A stretch of DNA of 64,000 bases, taken from assembly GCA_905178155.1 (NCBI GenBank), contig CAJINV010000002.1, forward strand, positions 3,725,838 through 3,789,837. The letters are read 5' to 3'. A program made the translations under genes and the position numbers. The stretch comes from Amoebophrya sp. A120. Taxonomy: Eukaryota > Protista > Dinoflagellata. Below are positions 35,099 through 47,200 of the stretch, one piece after another (the first letter of the stretch is position 1; every line of letters begins with the position of its first letter). The notes beneath the pieces were generated by a model. It did not search any database, was not told the origin of the DNA, and was given only the letters and a program-made list of their open reading frames with translations.

Positions 35099-38000
35099 TC
35101 ACGCTCCTTCCTCCCCCGCTCCCGCTCCCGCCGCAGCCGCCGCGGCGAGAAGTTCTTTTTGCTTTTTCATCGACCCCCTCAAGTTTCGTTTCTCGAACAC
35201 CACGACAGGGGCGGGGGCTTTTCCTTCTTCTTCCGCCGCTAGTAGTACCGCCGTCGTCTTCATCTCCGCAAACGACGGGCCGTGGAGGTTCTCCAAAAAC
35301 GAGGCAGCTGTCGATGGGGCCGTCGTGGCAGCCGGTGCTGGCTGCGCCACTGTCTGCGCTGGTTGCTGTTGTTCCGTAGGAGTGCTGGCGGTGACCGCAG
35401 CCTTGTCTACAACTTTTTCCTCTTCTTCTCCCCCGGCGCAGGCCGCGGCACAGTCCCCGCAACCACAGCTGGGCTTCTTCCGGCGTTTGAATCTTCCGTC
35501 GTCATAGTTCGGGTCGTTCGGATATCATTTGGAAAAACGTCCCCACCTCCCCAAAGCTGTAATGCAAATCTGCATGCTGAAAACTTTTCTCATGCGGAGT
35601 AGACCTCCCATGAGAAGCAGTTTCTATTCGGTGTTTTGAGATTTGTGATGCTTGAATCAGCATAGAAGTATGCTGGTGGATCTGTGATGCGGTTGCACCA
35701 GCTGAATACGATCAAACTCCTCGCCCAAATTTGTCCTCCGCAACAGCCGAAGCCTGGCGATTTGTATAGCAGATTTCCCATCTTGACTCTGGGGTGGGGA
35801 CGTTTTTGCTCACCATATCGGATCGTTCGTCACGGCAAATCCGCGTTCGTTCACGCTTATCAAATGCAAAAGTATCTGGGTCTGGAAGGTGGTAACTTGT
35901 GATGCTGTCTTTGGATTCCAAAAAAATCTGTATTGCATGACTAGCAAAAGGAGTCCATTTTGTGCTACACGGGGAGGGCATTTCTCATGCGGAATAAGCA
36001 TCAGGAAGCCTTCTAAAAATCTGGGGTGCTAGGGCATGCATTACAGGCGTCATTGGTCATGCAAAATATGCACGACAAACCTGGCAATCTTCCAGGAGAC
36101 CCAGACATTTTTACACTTGATAACGCTCGATGTCGTGTTTCCCTTTTTCTGTTCCTCCGCCGGTGCAGGTGACGCGGCGGGTGGCGCGTACGCCTCCACA
36201 ATCCCGCTGTTTTCCTTCGCGAGCTGCGCCTGGGAACTCGTGATGCATTGCAAATATGTCGTGTGGGTCCTGCTCTGGAAGATCTCTCATGCGAGATGAT
36301 TTGCAAGACATAACTACCAGATCTGAATCTGTAGTGCATGAAACGAAGTCGCGACCTCTTTTGTCATGCAGAACCAGACATATCTACATTCCATACTCGT
36401 CCCCAGCGGCACTTTCGTCTCGGCAATCACGTTCAGTTCCTCGTCGAGAGAAAGCATGGAGAGTATGCAATACAAATATTGTCCCGGCGTTTAGGTACAA
36501 ATTGCATCACAAGTTCAACTTCTGTTTCTGGCAAAAAGTTCTACTACCCAAAAAAAGCTGCTCCTATGCATCACTTTGTAATGCTGCGCAAGGCAGCAGG
36601 AACACAATGAAAGACGTTGTCATGCAAGATGTGCCCGTGTCTGGAAACAACAGATGTTCGCCGGCCTAGAGACAGAAGTCGTGCTACTCGGCAGTTCCTC
36701 CTGCGTGTGGTCGTCGCTGGGAGCGGTGATCATGGAATCCGCAGGACTTATTTCACTCGTCCTTCCCAAAGATGAGGTCTTCACACGTTTCGTTATCGTT
36801 TCCAGCACAGCGCTTCTCGCCACATCGGACAACGAAGATGGGGCAGTGAAAATTTTCGCAGACGGCGGTTCTTCACCCTCTAAAGCCGTCGCGGACAGGA
36901 ACGAAGAGGAGGCCGCCGCTGCCTCTTCGTCGTCATCTACTTCAGTGGCCGGCACGGCTTCTTCTTCTGTACTACTAGTACTCTTGTTTATTTTAGCGCT
37001 ACCGCCCTCCTCCGACATGTCCATGGGCCCAGACTTGGGATCGGAATCGCAGCAGCCACCCGTCGTGCTAGCACTGGTCGTACTACTACCCTCCTGCTTT
37101 TCTTCCTCCGCTGGTTGTTCTTCCTTCGGTGCCGTTTGTTCGGGGAGTCGTGGGGCAATCTCGGCTGCGTCGGGTTGTTCTGGTTCCGCGTGGCTGCGTT
37201 TCTTGCTTTGCATCTTCAACATCTTCTTCGCCTTCCACCTGGCAGTCGCAGTTTTTTTCCTTCCGGTCGTTGTGGCCAAAAAGCTGCTACTACTGGTCGA
37301 TGCTGCTGCGTCTTCCTCCTCTTCCTCGTCTTCTCCCTCCTCCTCTTCGTCGGACGGTGGCTGTTTCTTTTTTTTCGTTTTTGCAGACGACTTTGAGGGC
37401 CGCTTATCTACTTCCTCTTCATCGGACGGGGGCGGCTGCGTCACCGGTGTGTTGCCACCGCAACAGGAGTTCAGGCCCAAAAAATCGTCTGCGTACATAA
37501 CGTCGGGGTCTGAGTCTTCGCTTTCTTCTTGTTTATTGTTCCCGCCCTTTTTGCCGCCTTTGTTTGCTCCTTTTTTCGGAGGAGCGGCCTCATCTTCCTC
37601 CTCCTCACCACCACTGTATTCGTCGTTGCCACCATCATCACTTCCACCCTCATCCTCCTCCTCGTCGGACGCCTCCTGCTTTTTCTTCTTTGCCGGCTCT
37701 TGTTTCATCTTGTTTCTCCCCTCGGAGGTAGCTAAGAACGACGACGCGGCGGAGGGTGTTGTCGCACCAGCCGCAGAAGTTCTTGTCTTCGTATCTTCAC
37801 TCGCAGTCGCGTTTCTGTTTGCAGTGTCACTCGATGTCGCAGAGGACGCACCATCCTCTTGTTCTCGTCCCAATACCGTCTTGAAGATAGCGTTCCCTTC
37901 ACCACCACCTCCTTCCTTCCCCGGCTCCGGCACCTCGCCCGCAGCTCGTGGCTCCTATCGTAAGGAAACGTCCCCCCTCCCCATATCGAAAAGGCATGCC

Positions 38001-41000
38001 TATAGAGAATTTGCGATGCTGATTTGTGGCCACAAATCGCGTCTGTCTTGCAAGAAAGCAACGGCATAGGCTCCGCCCCATCATATGCAGGCGGTTTGTA
38101 ATGCTGTTCGGCCTACAGCATAGACGTTCCTCATGCTAAGAGCCTAGGCCAGAACCTCTCTCCATTGGCATGGTATGGGCCTGCAGTCCTCTACTGCAAG
38201 ACAGATCTGATTTGTGTACGCAAATCCAGCATCAGAGATTTCGTTTTGATGTGGGGAGGGGAGATTTTTCACTTTGATAATTCCTCCTGCTCTCCTTTAC
38301 CCCGTCCTTTATTCCCTTCACCTTCATCGGCCTCTCCGCCGCCGCAAGAGTTACCTCCTCCGCAAGATCTACTTCCTCTGCGGTGCTCCGGATCATTGGG
38401 GTTGCCGTGCCCGTTCTTCCCTTCCCCCCCGAGGTTATCCTCGTCGTTCTGCTCGACGGCTTGCTTCATGAATTCGTCCGCTTCGTCGGTGTATGAATTG
38501 CAGAAATGTCTGGAAGATTGGAACTTGTCATGCTAAAACCAAATCATGCAAAAATCTGTGTTGCATGACTGCCAAAAGCTGTCCTCTTTTGACCAAGCTG
38601 GGGGGGAGTTTCTCATGCAGGATAGGCATGACAGAGACGTCACAGACTCTGTCATGCTCGGCCCTGCATTCCGAAACTCATGGGGCATGGCAAATATGCA
38701 TGAGGAGTTTGCATTCTTTCAGACCCAGACATTTTTGCATTTGATACGGTGATCGCTTGGCGTGCAGTGTTGGTGGAGGTGGCGAGAAAAGACGACGAAG
38801 ACGGCGGTGTTGCGGTAATGATCGTCTGGGAATCTTGTTTTTCATCCAGATTTTTTACTCCTCCCGCAGACTTCATTTCCTTCGGACTCCCCTGAGTTGA
38901 CGTGTCTTCCTCCACCTCAGATTTATTTTCGTCCGGGTCCCCGCAGCATGAATCGAGGGATTTCGGATGCGGCCGAATGCGGTGGATGCGGCCGGCATCT
39001 CCAGCTTCGTTCGCCGCTTTATTCCCCCCGTCGCTGGCACCTGTCCCTTCGGCGGTCGCAGGCGGAGCAGCGGTGGACGGGGGCTGCGGCGGCCCAGAAG
39101 CAGTTTGTTGTAACGACGTTTGGCTGCTTTCCTGTTCTTGGCCTCTTTCTTGTAAAAACGACGAGGCGCCAGCAAGAACTCCTGTTTTCGTGTTTGCCAA
39201 CGAGCTCCCGCTAGTGCGAGAGGTGGGCGGCGTCGAGGCTGTAGTTGTACTACTCCGACTTCTACTGCTTCCAGGAGGTGTGTGCAGAGGAGCAGCTTGT
39301 TCCTGTAGTTCCTTACCGCCCACCTCCAGTTCTCCCTCCTGCAAGAAAGATGTGGTCGCGGCGGCTGCGGAAGATGAGGAACTACTGCTCAGCATCACAT
39401 GTTGGTATCCCGTCGCAGCTGGTGGACCAACTTGCAGGACGGCATTTGTTTTCGCCGGAGGCGGCCCACCCTCTTGGTCCACGATGAGAATCGGTTCGGC
39501 AGCAGGATGAAGCACCGGTGCGTTTCTTGCCGACCCAGCTGGAGGGGAGGACACTCCAGCTGCGCCGGCTCGTCCTGGTTGCGCCAGCGTTGCTTCTGGC
39601 ACCGCTGCTGCGGTCGTACCTGGCCCCGCTCCTCCTGCTGTGTTTGCAGCCGCACCAGCCACGGGCTTTTCCATCGGTGCGTCTAGTGGGAAGAAGCCGC
39701 CGCAAGACGTCTCTCCGTCTCCGCCACAGGGTGTTGAGGCGGGCTTCGGCGGCGTGGCCGTTCGTGTCTGCTGCTGGGCCACCGCAGCGGCTTGTTTTGC
39801 CCCGGCCCGCGGGTCCCCCACCAGCTGGAGCCCGCCCCCGTGTTGCGGGTTGTACAGCAGTGGACCACGTTCGGCTTGTAGCGCCGGCGCTGTTCTTGCC
39901 TCCCCGGAAAATAAACCGGATGGCATCTTCAACACGGGGTCGAGGAGCTGCAACGCTGGTCCACCACCTGTCGGCAACAGCGGGCTCATATGGGAGTGCC
40001 AGCATTGAAATCGTCAAGGTTGAAATTATAGCTTGCCATGCATAAACTGCAGCGCACAGAGTGCCTGTCTTGCAGAGTAGGTAAGTGAGGCAGATTGTAA
40101 GCCTGTTGAGGGCTAGAAGCTGAGCTGTAAAGTAGCATGACAAAAGGCGTCTCCCTTACCCAAACAGCATGAGGAGCTGCATTTTGGCTCTACCAAAATT
40201 TGCCATGCGCCACTTAGTATCTGGGTCACAACTTTCATCCATAACATGCATTACAAGTTATTCCAACTTTGTTGATTTCAATCCTGACACCCCCATAGCT
40301 CATCCCGGTTGAGTCTGACCCGCCGACCATGAAAACAGTGGTAGATTTCGAGTGTCCAATGACGTTATCAAAAAATGCAAAGAACATGTCTGGGTCCTCC
40401 TCTGGAAGAGTGCGGTAGATTGTCATGCACATTTTGCATGACCCATGATGTCCGTGATGCATGTCCTAGCATCTTCGCAGATTTATTTTTGAGGGCTTTT
40501 TGAAACTTACCTACCCCGTATGATGAGAAACAAAGGCCCTTGTTTCCGCGCAGGAAAAAGTAAAGTCTTGTTGTTGCTCATGCAATACAGGTTTTTTTCG
40601 AGTCCAGAGGTTGAAGCATGACAGGTTGCACACTTCCAGACAAGAACATCCAGGGATCAATATTTTTGCATTTCATACACATTGCCCTGTTCGTCCGTAA
40701 TAGGTGTGTAGGATTCTTCGATCACACCCTGCGCTTTCGGTTCCTCGTTCGCCAGTGTCTGCAACTCTTCCGCAGGCGTGGGTAGCGTGTCTGCGGGGAA
40801 GAAAGGAGCCGACGAGGCAGGGGTGGGGAAACTACTCGGTGAGGCAGAAACTACGGTCCTCGTGGGCTCCGTGTCATCCGCTCCCAGCGTTGTCGTGTGT
40901 GGTTGGGCACGAATAGGATCTCCTTCTTGCGATCCTTGCGCCGACTGGAGGGGGTCTTGAGGTTCTTTCACGTCATTCCCTCCGGCCTCGGTTTGTGGTG

Positions 41001-42852
41001 AAGCCCCAGGACCACCTGGTACTGGTTATCAAATGCAAATCTGTCTGGGTCTGGAAGGGTGCAGACATTTGTGATGCAGTTTTTGCCTAGCCCAGATCGT
41101 CTGGCATGCAGGGCCTAGCATCACAAATTCCGAGCCGGTATCCCAATGCCTAATCCGCATGACAAATGCCCCGTTTTTCTTTTGTAACAGAAAATGGGGC
41201 CTTTTGCTGACCATGCATGACAGATTTTGCCATGATGTAGAATTCGCATCACAAATTCGAATCCATCCAGACCCAGACATATTTGCAACGCATACTGGCA
41301 ACAGCGGTCCGATGAACGGCTTTCCGTTATCAAAAGGAAAAATCCCCCCTCCCCATATCAAAACGAAACTTCTGATGCTGGATTTGAGTACACGAATCAG
41401 CTTTGTATTGCAGGAAGGCATTGCGGTCAGATCCCCAAGCTAGGTAGGGGCGTATGCGTCTAGTTGCTCAGCATGGTAAGCGGCTCCCTTTTAGGTCCAA
41501 CAGCATGAGAAATCGCTTCCATAATGGGGCGGAAGCTTCTGCCCTTGTCTTCTTGCAAAACAAATCTGATTTGTGACCTCAAATCAGCAACACAAATTTT
41601 CGCAAACATGCCTTTTCAATATGGGGAGGGGGGATTTTTCCTCTTAATATCCGTCTACACCGACCGGGCTATGAGAGTGCACAACCCCCCCTCCCCCTCG
41701 TTTGTATAGCATGAGCGGCAGTACAAGCACCAGCAAGAGTGCCGCTTTTGCATGAAAAATTTGCGCTGGAGTGTAGTTCTATTTGGGCTACCAGAACTGG
41801 TCATGCAAACAATGCCACGAGGCAAAGGGTGGACTGGGTCTTCTGCATGACAAATGAGGGAGAGGGGGGTTGTGCACTGTCATACGGGCGCGAAGATGTG
41901 TTCCAATCCCTCGTGGATCCTTCCGTTGAAGGAGGTAACAGCGGCCCGATGATATGGCCCGCTCAGGTCGTGTTACAATCTCTACTGTTCCAATAGAGTC
42001 TGGATTTCGAGTTTGTCTTGCAGGATGTTGAGCATGACAGACTCGCAGAGCACATTTATTCCACTTTCTGCAGTACAAATTCCGCCAGAAGATTCTAGTG
42101 CCGCGGTTTGGGACTCCAGAACTTGCCATGCGTATTCCTGTGAGCAGAGTAAGCCAGGCCAGGGCGTGCACTTCTTGCATGACAAATCCCCGTTTCTACG
42201 GTAACCGCGTCTATGAGATTGTAACACCAGCGCGGGTCATAGATGAACGGTTTGCCGTCTTCGCCGAGCGGGCGGCTCTCGACGTCCGGTTGCAGAAGTT
42301 GCGAAGATATGAATTGCAATAGTATCACACTCGTAGAAATGCACTACAAATTTCCTCTGCATGGCGAGAAATGCAATTTGTAATGCGGATTTACCTTAAG
42401 AAAATGATTTGTATTGCATGACTGCAACTACTAAAAACGGGTACGATACTTTTGCAGTTCATACACGACCCGCGACCACCTGCCGCCCCGAATAGAAGTG
42501 ACGAATCACCTTCACCCGCTGAGATCGCGCCGTCTTCTTTCCGCAACTCGCTATCATCCAGCTGCGAGTTAGCGGATTTGTTCCTCTTTCCGCGTTGGTG
42601 CTTTTTCTTTTCGTGTCTCTGGTGTTGTTCTTCCCGCAACTTCCGCTGGCGCCTAGTGCGCTTTTTCTTCTCCTGCTTCTTTTCTTTCGCAAACCGGCGG
42701 GCTTCGGCGACGGCGCAGGGGTAGTTACTTGATGGAGTGAAGAGCTGCGAAATCGACAGACAGGTGAGCAGCAACGCTCCTGGCAACAGCACTCTACCTC
42801 CTGGCACCAGCTGCCGAAGGTAGGCGGCGGACGGGTTCAGGTCAGTGGGCAT
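35099..42852 (-). CDS. Large low-complexity, probably secreted protein with recurrent S-F-L and Cys-Cys/Cys-Gly motifs
   Basis: Frame joins across ~13 introners (junction near 36.5 kb uncertain); hydrophobic LLPGALLLTCLSISQLF near the N-terminus. Confidence 0.65.
35523..35817. mobile_element. Introner family C
   Basis: TIR; TSD TCGGA. Confidence 0.92.
35858..36122. mobile_element. Introner family A
   Basis: TIR; TSD ACGCT. Confidence 0.92.
36242..36395. mobile_element. Short introner family A (GAT start)
   Basis: TSD CTCGT. Confidence 0.82.
37956..38279. mobile_element. Introner family D
   Basis: TIR; TSD GCTCC/ATTCC. Confidence 0.88.
38492..38746. mobile_element. Introner family A
   Basis: TIR; TSD CGGTG. 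Confidence 0.92.
39989..40297. mobile_element. Introner family F
   Basis: TIR; TSD GCTCA. Confidence 0.92.
40366..40677. mobile_element. Introner family A
   Basis: TIR; TSD GACGT/CACAT. Confidence 0.85.
41027..41294. mobile_element. Introner family A
   Basis: TIR; TSD CTGGT/CTGGC. Confidence 0.9.
41328..41649. mobile_element. Introner family D
   Basis: TIR; TSD TCCGT. Confidence 0.92.
41670..41884. mobile_element. Introner family G
   Basis: TIR; TSD CGGGC. Confidence 0.92.
41953..42241. mobile_element. Introner family H
   Basis: TIR with TGTTACAATCTC; TSD GATGA. Confidence 0.9.
42308..42463. mobile_element. Introner family B
   Basis: TIR; TSD GAAGA/CACGA. Confidence 0.85.
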
Positions 42853-43260
42853 GTCAAAGTGTAAACTCTTTTGAAGTTGTTGCGCTTGCAATGGATCTTA
42901 CGAAGGACAGTAGTCCTCCTCGTCCTTTCGTTTCACTTGGAGGACCTCCGGCTCAACCTCTATTTAATGTTCCAGTGTGTGCAGCTCTTTGGAAAAAATC
43001 AGTGCGTTTCAGCTAGATGAAATGGAAAACGAAAACAGATATAATTGGGAAACGCAAACAAAACGTGACGATTCACGATGCGAACGAAAGCGTTTCCCTC
43101 ATCACTTTTCTCTCCTCGATAAACCGCGCCTGATTCAAGTGACTAAAACCATAATTCTCACTCGCCGCAGTCGAAACGGATCCGTCAAACATCAGACCAC
43201 TGCAGGCGCGCGCTTAGACGACACAAGTTCGGCTACAAGAATGCGAGGATAGACTACGAC

Positions 43261-43381
43261 GCGACAGGGTATTAAGTGGGGCCCCCTAATGGGGAACCCT
43301 AAACCCTGAAACCTAAACCAAACCCGGGGAGATCCCGCCGCGACGGATGCCCATCTTGTCAAGTGCGACAGGGTATTAAGT
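43261..43381. repeat. Telomere-like (CCCTAAA) insert flanked by 17-bp direct repeats
   Basis: GCGACAGGGTATTAAGT at 43261 and 43365 enclosing AACCCTAAACCCTGAAACCTAAACCAAACCC. Confidence 0.75.
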
Positions 43382-43891
43382 AATTTAGCAGTGGTTCTTG
43401 AAATCAACACTTCAGCTTTACTTATACTTTCACGGCCTCTTTTTATCTCCGCCTTGATGGACGACCGTGGAGTTCCATTCGATCTGATACTGATTTATTC
43501 TCTCCTGCCATATACAGAAGTTTTTCTGTGTTAATACATAAAATCGAGTTGTACTTTTTGCAACATGAATTTTCATCCACAATGTTCGGCCCTGTTTGAC
43601 CGTCTGTTGGTCAAAATTCCGCTTCATAAAAATCCGATTTCTGTGTGGTTCTGAAAAGCCCCGGTTTACTACCTTGTCATACCAAAATACAATCAAACAC
43701 GCGAGGCTGCTCGAAGTTGTGGAGGGTAACATTAATAACAAGCGACTCTCATTAGAAGAAATTACACCGGCGCGCGAATTCACATTTTGCTTTTTTGACG
43801 ATATATTTTTTCTTTTTGTGTTGCTTAATAATGTAGTAGTATTTCCCTTAAGTGGTCGTCGTTGCTCGCCAAACAGGCTACGGACTACTTT

Positions 43892-44174
43892 TATCAGATG
43901 CAAATACGTCTGGGTCTGGGAGATTCCAACGAGATTTGTCATGCTAGTCTGGCATGATGTTCACTCTGAACTCTGTGCTGCGTCACCGCAAAGAGCTCCT
44001 CTTGGTCTTGCCTGTCATGCAAATAAAACGCAGTTTCTGTTTCTCATGCGGAGTACGCAACTCAAAACCACGAAAAAACTTGTCATGCTTGGCACTGGCA
44101 GTGCATTCGAGTGTGCGCACTATTTCCTTCCTTGTATCACAAGTTTCCAGACCCAGACATACTTGCAGCGCATA
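43892..44174. mobile_element. Introner family A (3' UTR of VIT)
   Basis: TIR; TSD ACTTT/GCTTT. Confidence 0.88.
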
Positions 44175-44230
44175 GCTTTGCTTTTGGTTTTGCCTCTACT
44201 ACTACTTCTCACCACAGCGATGATTTTGCC

Positions 44231-47200
44231 TCAGAGTCTGCTTATCAGCATCTGTTCAAACGCAATATAGAAGTGTCAGAATCGAAATTGACAAAGTCGA
44301 AAAATTTGTCATGCATAAAATGGATTCCAAATCGAACCCAGTTTCTAAGTGGCGCATGACAAATTCTGGTGGTGCCTAAATGCTGTTTAGGCAAAGAAGA
44401 CAGATACTCTCCTACTGCTTTAGCAGCTCGAGCTGTAACCCCAAACGGGCTTACAATCGGCCTCACTTGCCTGCTCAGCAACGCACGTATTTCGCGTCAT
44501 GCATTTTATGCATCACAAATTTTTCGATTGTGTCAATTTCGATCCTGACGCCTCCATACGCAAAGCCGACAAAGTAACTCAGCGTCCCAGCCACTGCACC
44601 GTTCAACAGCGTGAAGAGCCCGTTTTGGCTATCCTGAGGAAAAAAAATCCCCCCACGTCCCCACATTCAACAGGAAAGAAATTTGCGACGCAGATAATTA
44701 TTTGTGGCCACAAATCACCTTTTTTCCTATGCAAGAAGGCGAGCGGAGAGGCTTGCTCTGCCCCATTTTTCTGGAAGCGATTTGTCATGCTGTTGGACCC
44801 GCAGGGTAAGTAGCCCTTACTGCAATACAGACTGTATTTGCGTAGAAGTACGGAAATCCAGCATCAGAAACTTCGTTTTGAGAAATATGGGGAGGGAGGT
44901 TCATTTTTCAACTGGATAATGGAGGATTTTGTCCCAACTCTGCTTGACCAAAAACGCCGAAATCGCCCCGACGCAGAATAAAGCGACGGCGGAAACCACA
45001 CACGCGACGATGTAAACGACATTGATATCCCGGTCCTCTTCTTCCCAAGCGAAGCCCAGCAGGTAGACGTACAGCGGCAGTGCGCCGAAGACCAGGAAGG
45101 ACCAGAAAGTTGCTATTGTGAGGAAAAATCCCCCCTCCCCATATCGAAAACGAGATTTGTGATGCTGGATTTGAGTACACTTGTATTGCTAGAAGGCCAA
45201 GAGACGCAGACGCGGCCTCGTTTGCAGGCAAATTGTCCTGCTGCTTCCCACTTCCAGTTGCTTCCTGTCATGCTGAAGACGCAAGGCAGTATCACAAATC
45301 ATGCTACACAAAAAATCTCCAGTTGAGTATGGGGAGGGGAGATTTATTTTCATTGTAATAGTTGCGACCCCGTTCTTGACCAGATCACACTCGGACTCGG
45401 TTTCGGCTTCTAAGTTCAGTTATCCTATGTAAAAACGTCCCCACCCCATAGTCAAGATGGGGAATCGGCTAGACAAGTCCACAAGTCTTGGCTATTTTGC
45501 ATGACAAACTTGAACTCGGAGTCCAGTGCTGTTTGAGGTAGTTCAGTAGCATCACAGATCTAGTACATCATGCTGATTGGCGCATTACAAAACACGGCCA
45601 GAGAATGCTTCTCATGGGGCTCCGCATGACAAACATTTTGAGCATGCAGATGTGCATGACAACTCTGGGATGGGACGTTTTTACACAGGATATCAGCTCG
45701 TACCGCATCATGTTGTCGATGAAAAGATGCTATTAACTGCAAATCTGTCTGGGTCTGGAATAAAGGTTGAACCTGTATTGCGTGTTTCGCATTTTTCCAA
45801 AAAAAACTGTATTGCATAGTCAGCAAATAATAAAGCGCCACACTTTCGTCATGCAAAAACGCAGTTTGTAATGCGTCCTGCGCATGACAGAGCGTTTGAA
45901 AAGTTTGTCATGTTGCGCCGCACTTAAATGCACAGTCAGCCATGACCATTCAGCATTACAAGTTTCCAGACATCCAGGGATATTTGCAATCCATAGATGC
46001 TCGTATTTCCCCATAATCGCGACCAGTTGCTTCGCGTCGTCTTCCTCCATTTGCTCCCTTTCCCGCAGCATCTCCACCATCTCGGCCTTCTCTATAACGC
46101 GCTCAGCTGTTACAACCTCAAACGTTACAATAGAATCTGGAAATCTGTGATGCAAGAGTGCATGATCTAGCCGATTCTCAGGGGATTTTGCATGACAAGT
46201 TCCAGAGCCCCAAACCCCACTACAATCTGGCGAAATTTGTATTGCAAAAAAGTGGAGCGCTCTGCGAGTCTGTCATGCTCATCATGCAAGACAAATCTCA
46301 GATTCTATTGTAACGTTTGAAATTGTAACACCTGAGCGGGTTATACTCTCGTGCTCGGGTTTTTTCCGGAACTCCGTCACTTCCTTCTGCTTTTCCCCCT
46401 CGACGAAAGATTTCTCCAACTTTCCAGAGATGAAATCGCCAAACCCCATGGAGAAGCCGTCCGCTTATCCATTGCAAATATCCCTGGAGGTGGTCTGGAA
46501 GGGTGGAACTTGTAATGCGTGCCTTGCATTCCTAGAAAATCAGTGTTGCATCAGCAGCAAATTATAAGCAGCTTGTTCCCTTGTTCTGCAAAAACGCAAT
46601 CTGCAATGCGCGTCAGGCAGCAGAAAGCGTTGTGGTTTCGAAAGTTTGTCATGCTTGGCTTCCATTGCACGCGTTGCAGTCATGCGCCATGCAGCATCAC
46701 AGGTTTCCCGACAACATCCAGGGTGGATAGTTGCAGTGCATACCGCTAGAACGTTCGCAATTCCGAGTGTGACCGTGACCCCGTAGGAAAGGTGCGCCCC
46801 GTATCACACAGAAAAGAGCAGGCAGGTCATTTGTAATGCAAAAATGAATAAACAAAAAGGATTTGGATTGCATATCCCCAACAGTATGCCATGGGGCCGC
46901 CGATGACAAGTTTTTCTGTGTATCTGTATTCGTTTTTGCATTACAAACATGCCCTGCCAGCTTTTTTCTCTCAGATACCCCGTGGGCCGAGGAAATGATG
47001 GAAAACGTTGTGATCACGCCGTCAATATGCATGGCAAATATCCCTGGATGTCTGGAAGGTTGCAACTTGTCATGCTCAATCTGCAACATACAAAAATCAC
47101 TGTTGCGCGAGTACCAATAAAAGCTGTCCACTTGTGACCAACTGCTCGACGAGAGGGAGTTTCTCATGCAGGATAGGCATGAGACATAGACCTTGCAAAA

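Noticed and set aside
36654-38069. 471-aa plus-strand ORF (and similar antisense ORFs)
   Set aside because: Shadow of the Glu/Lys/Ser-rich minus-strand exon; low-complexity antisense translation.
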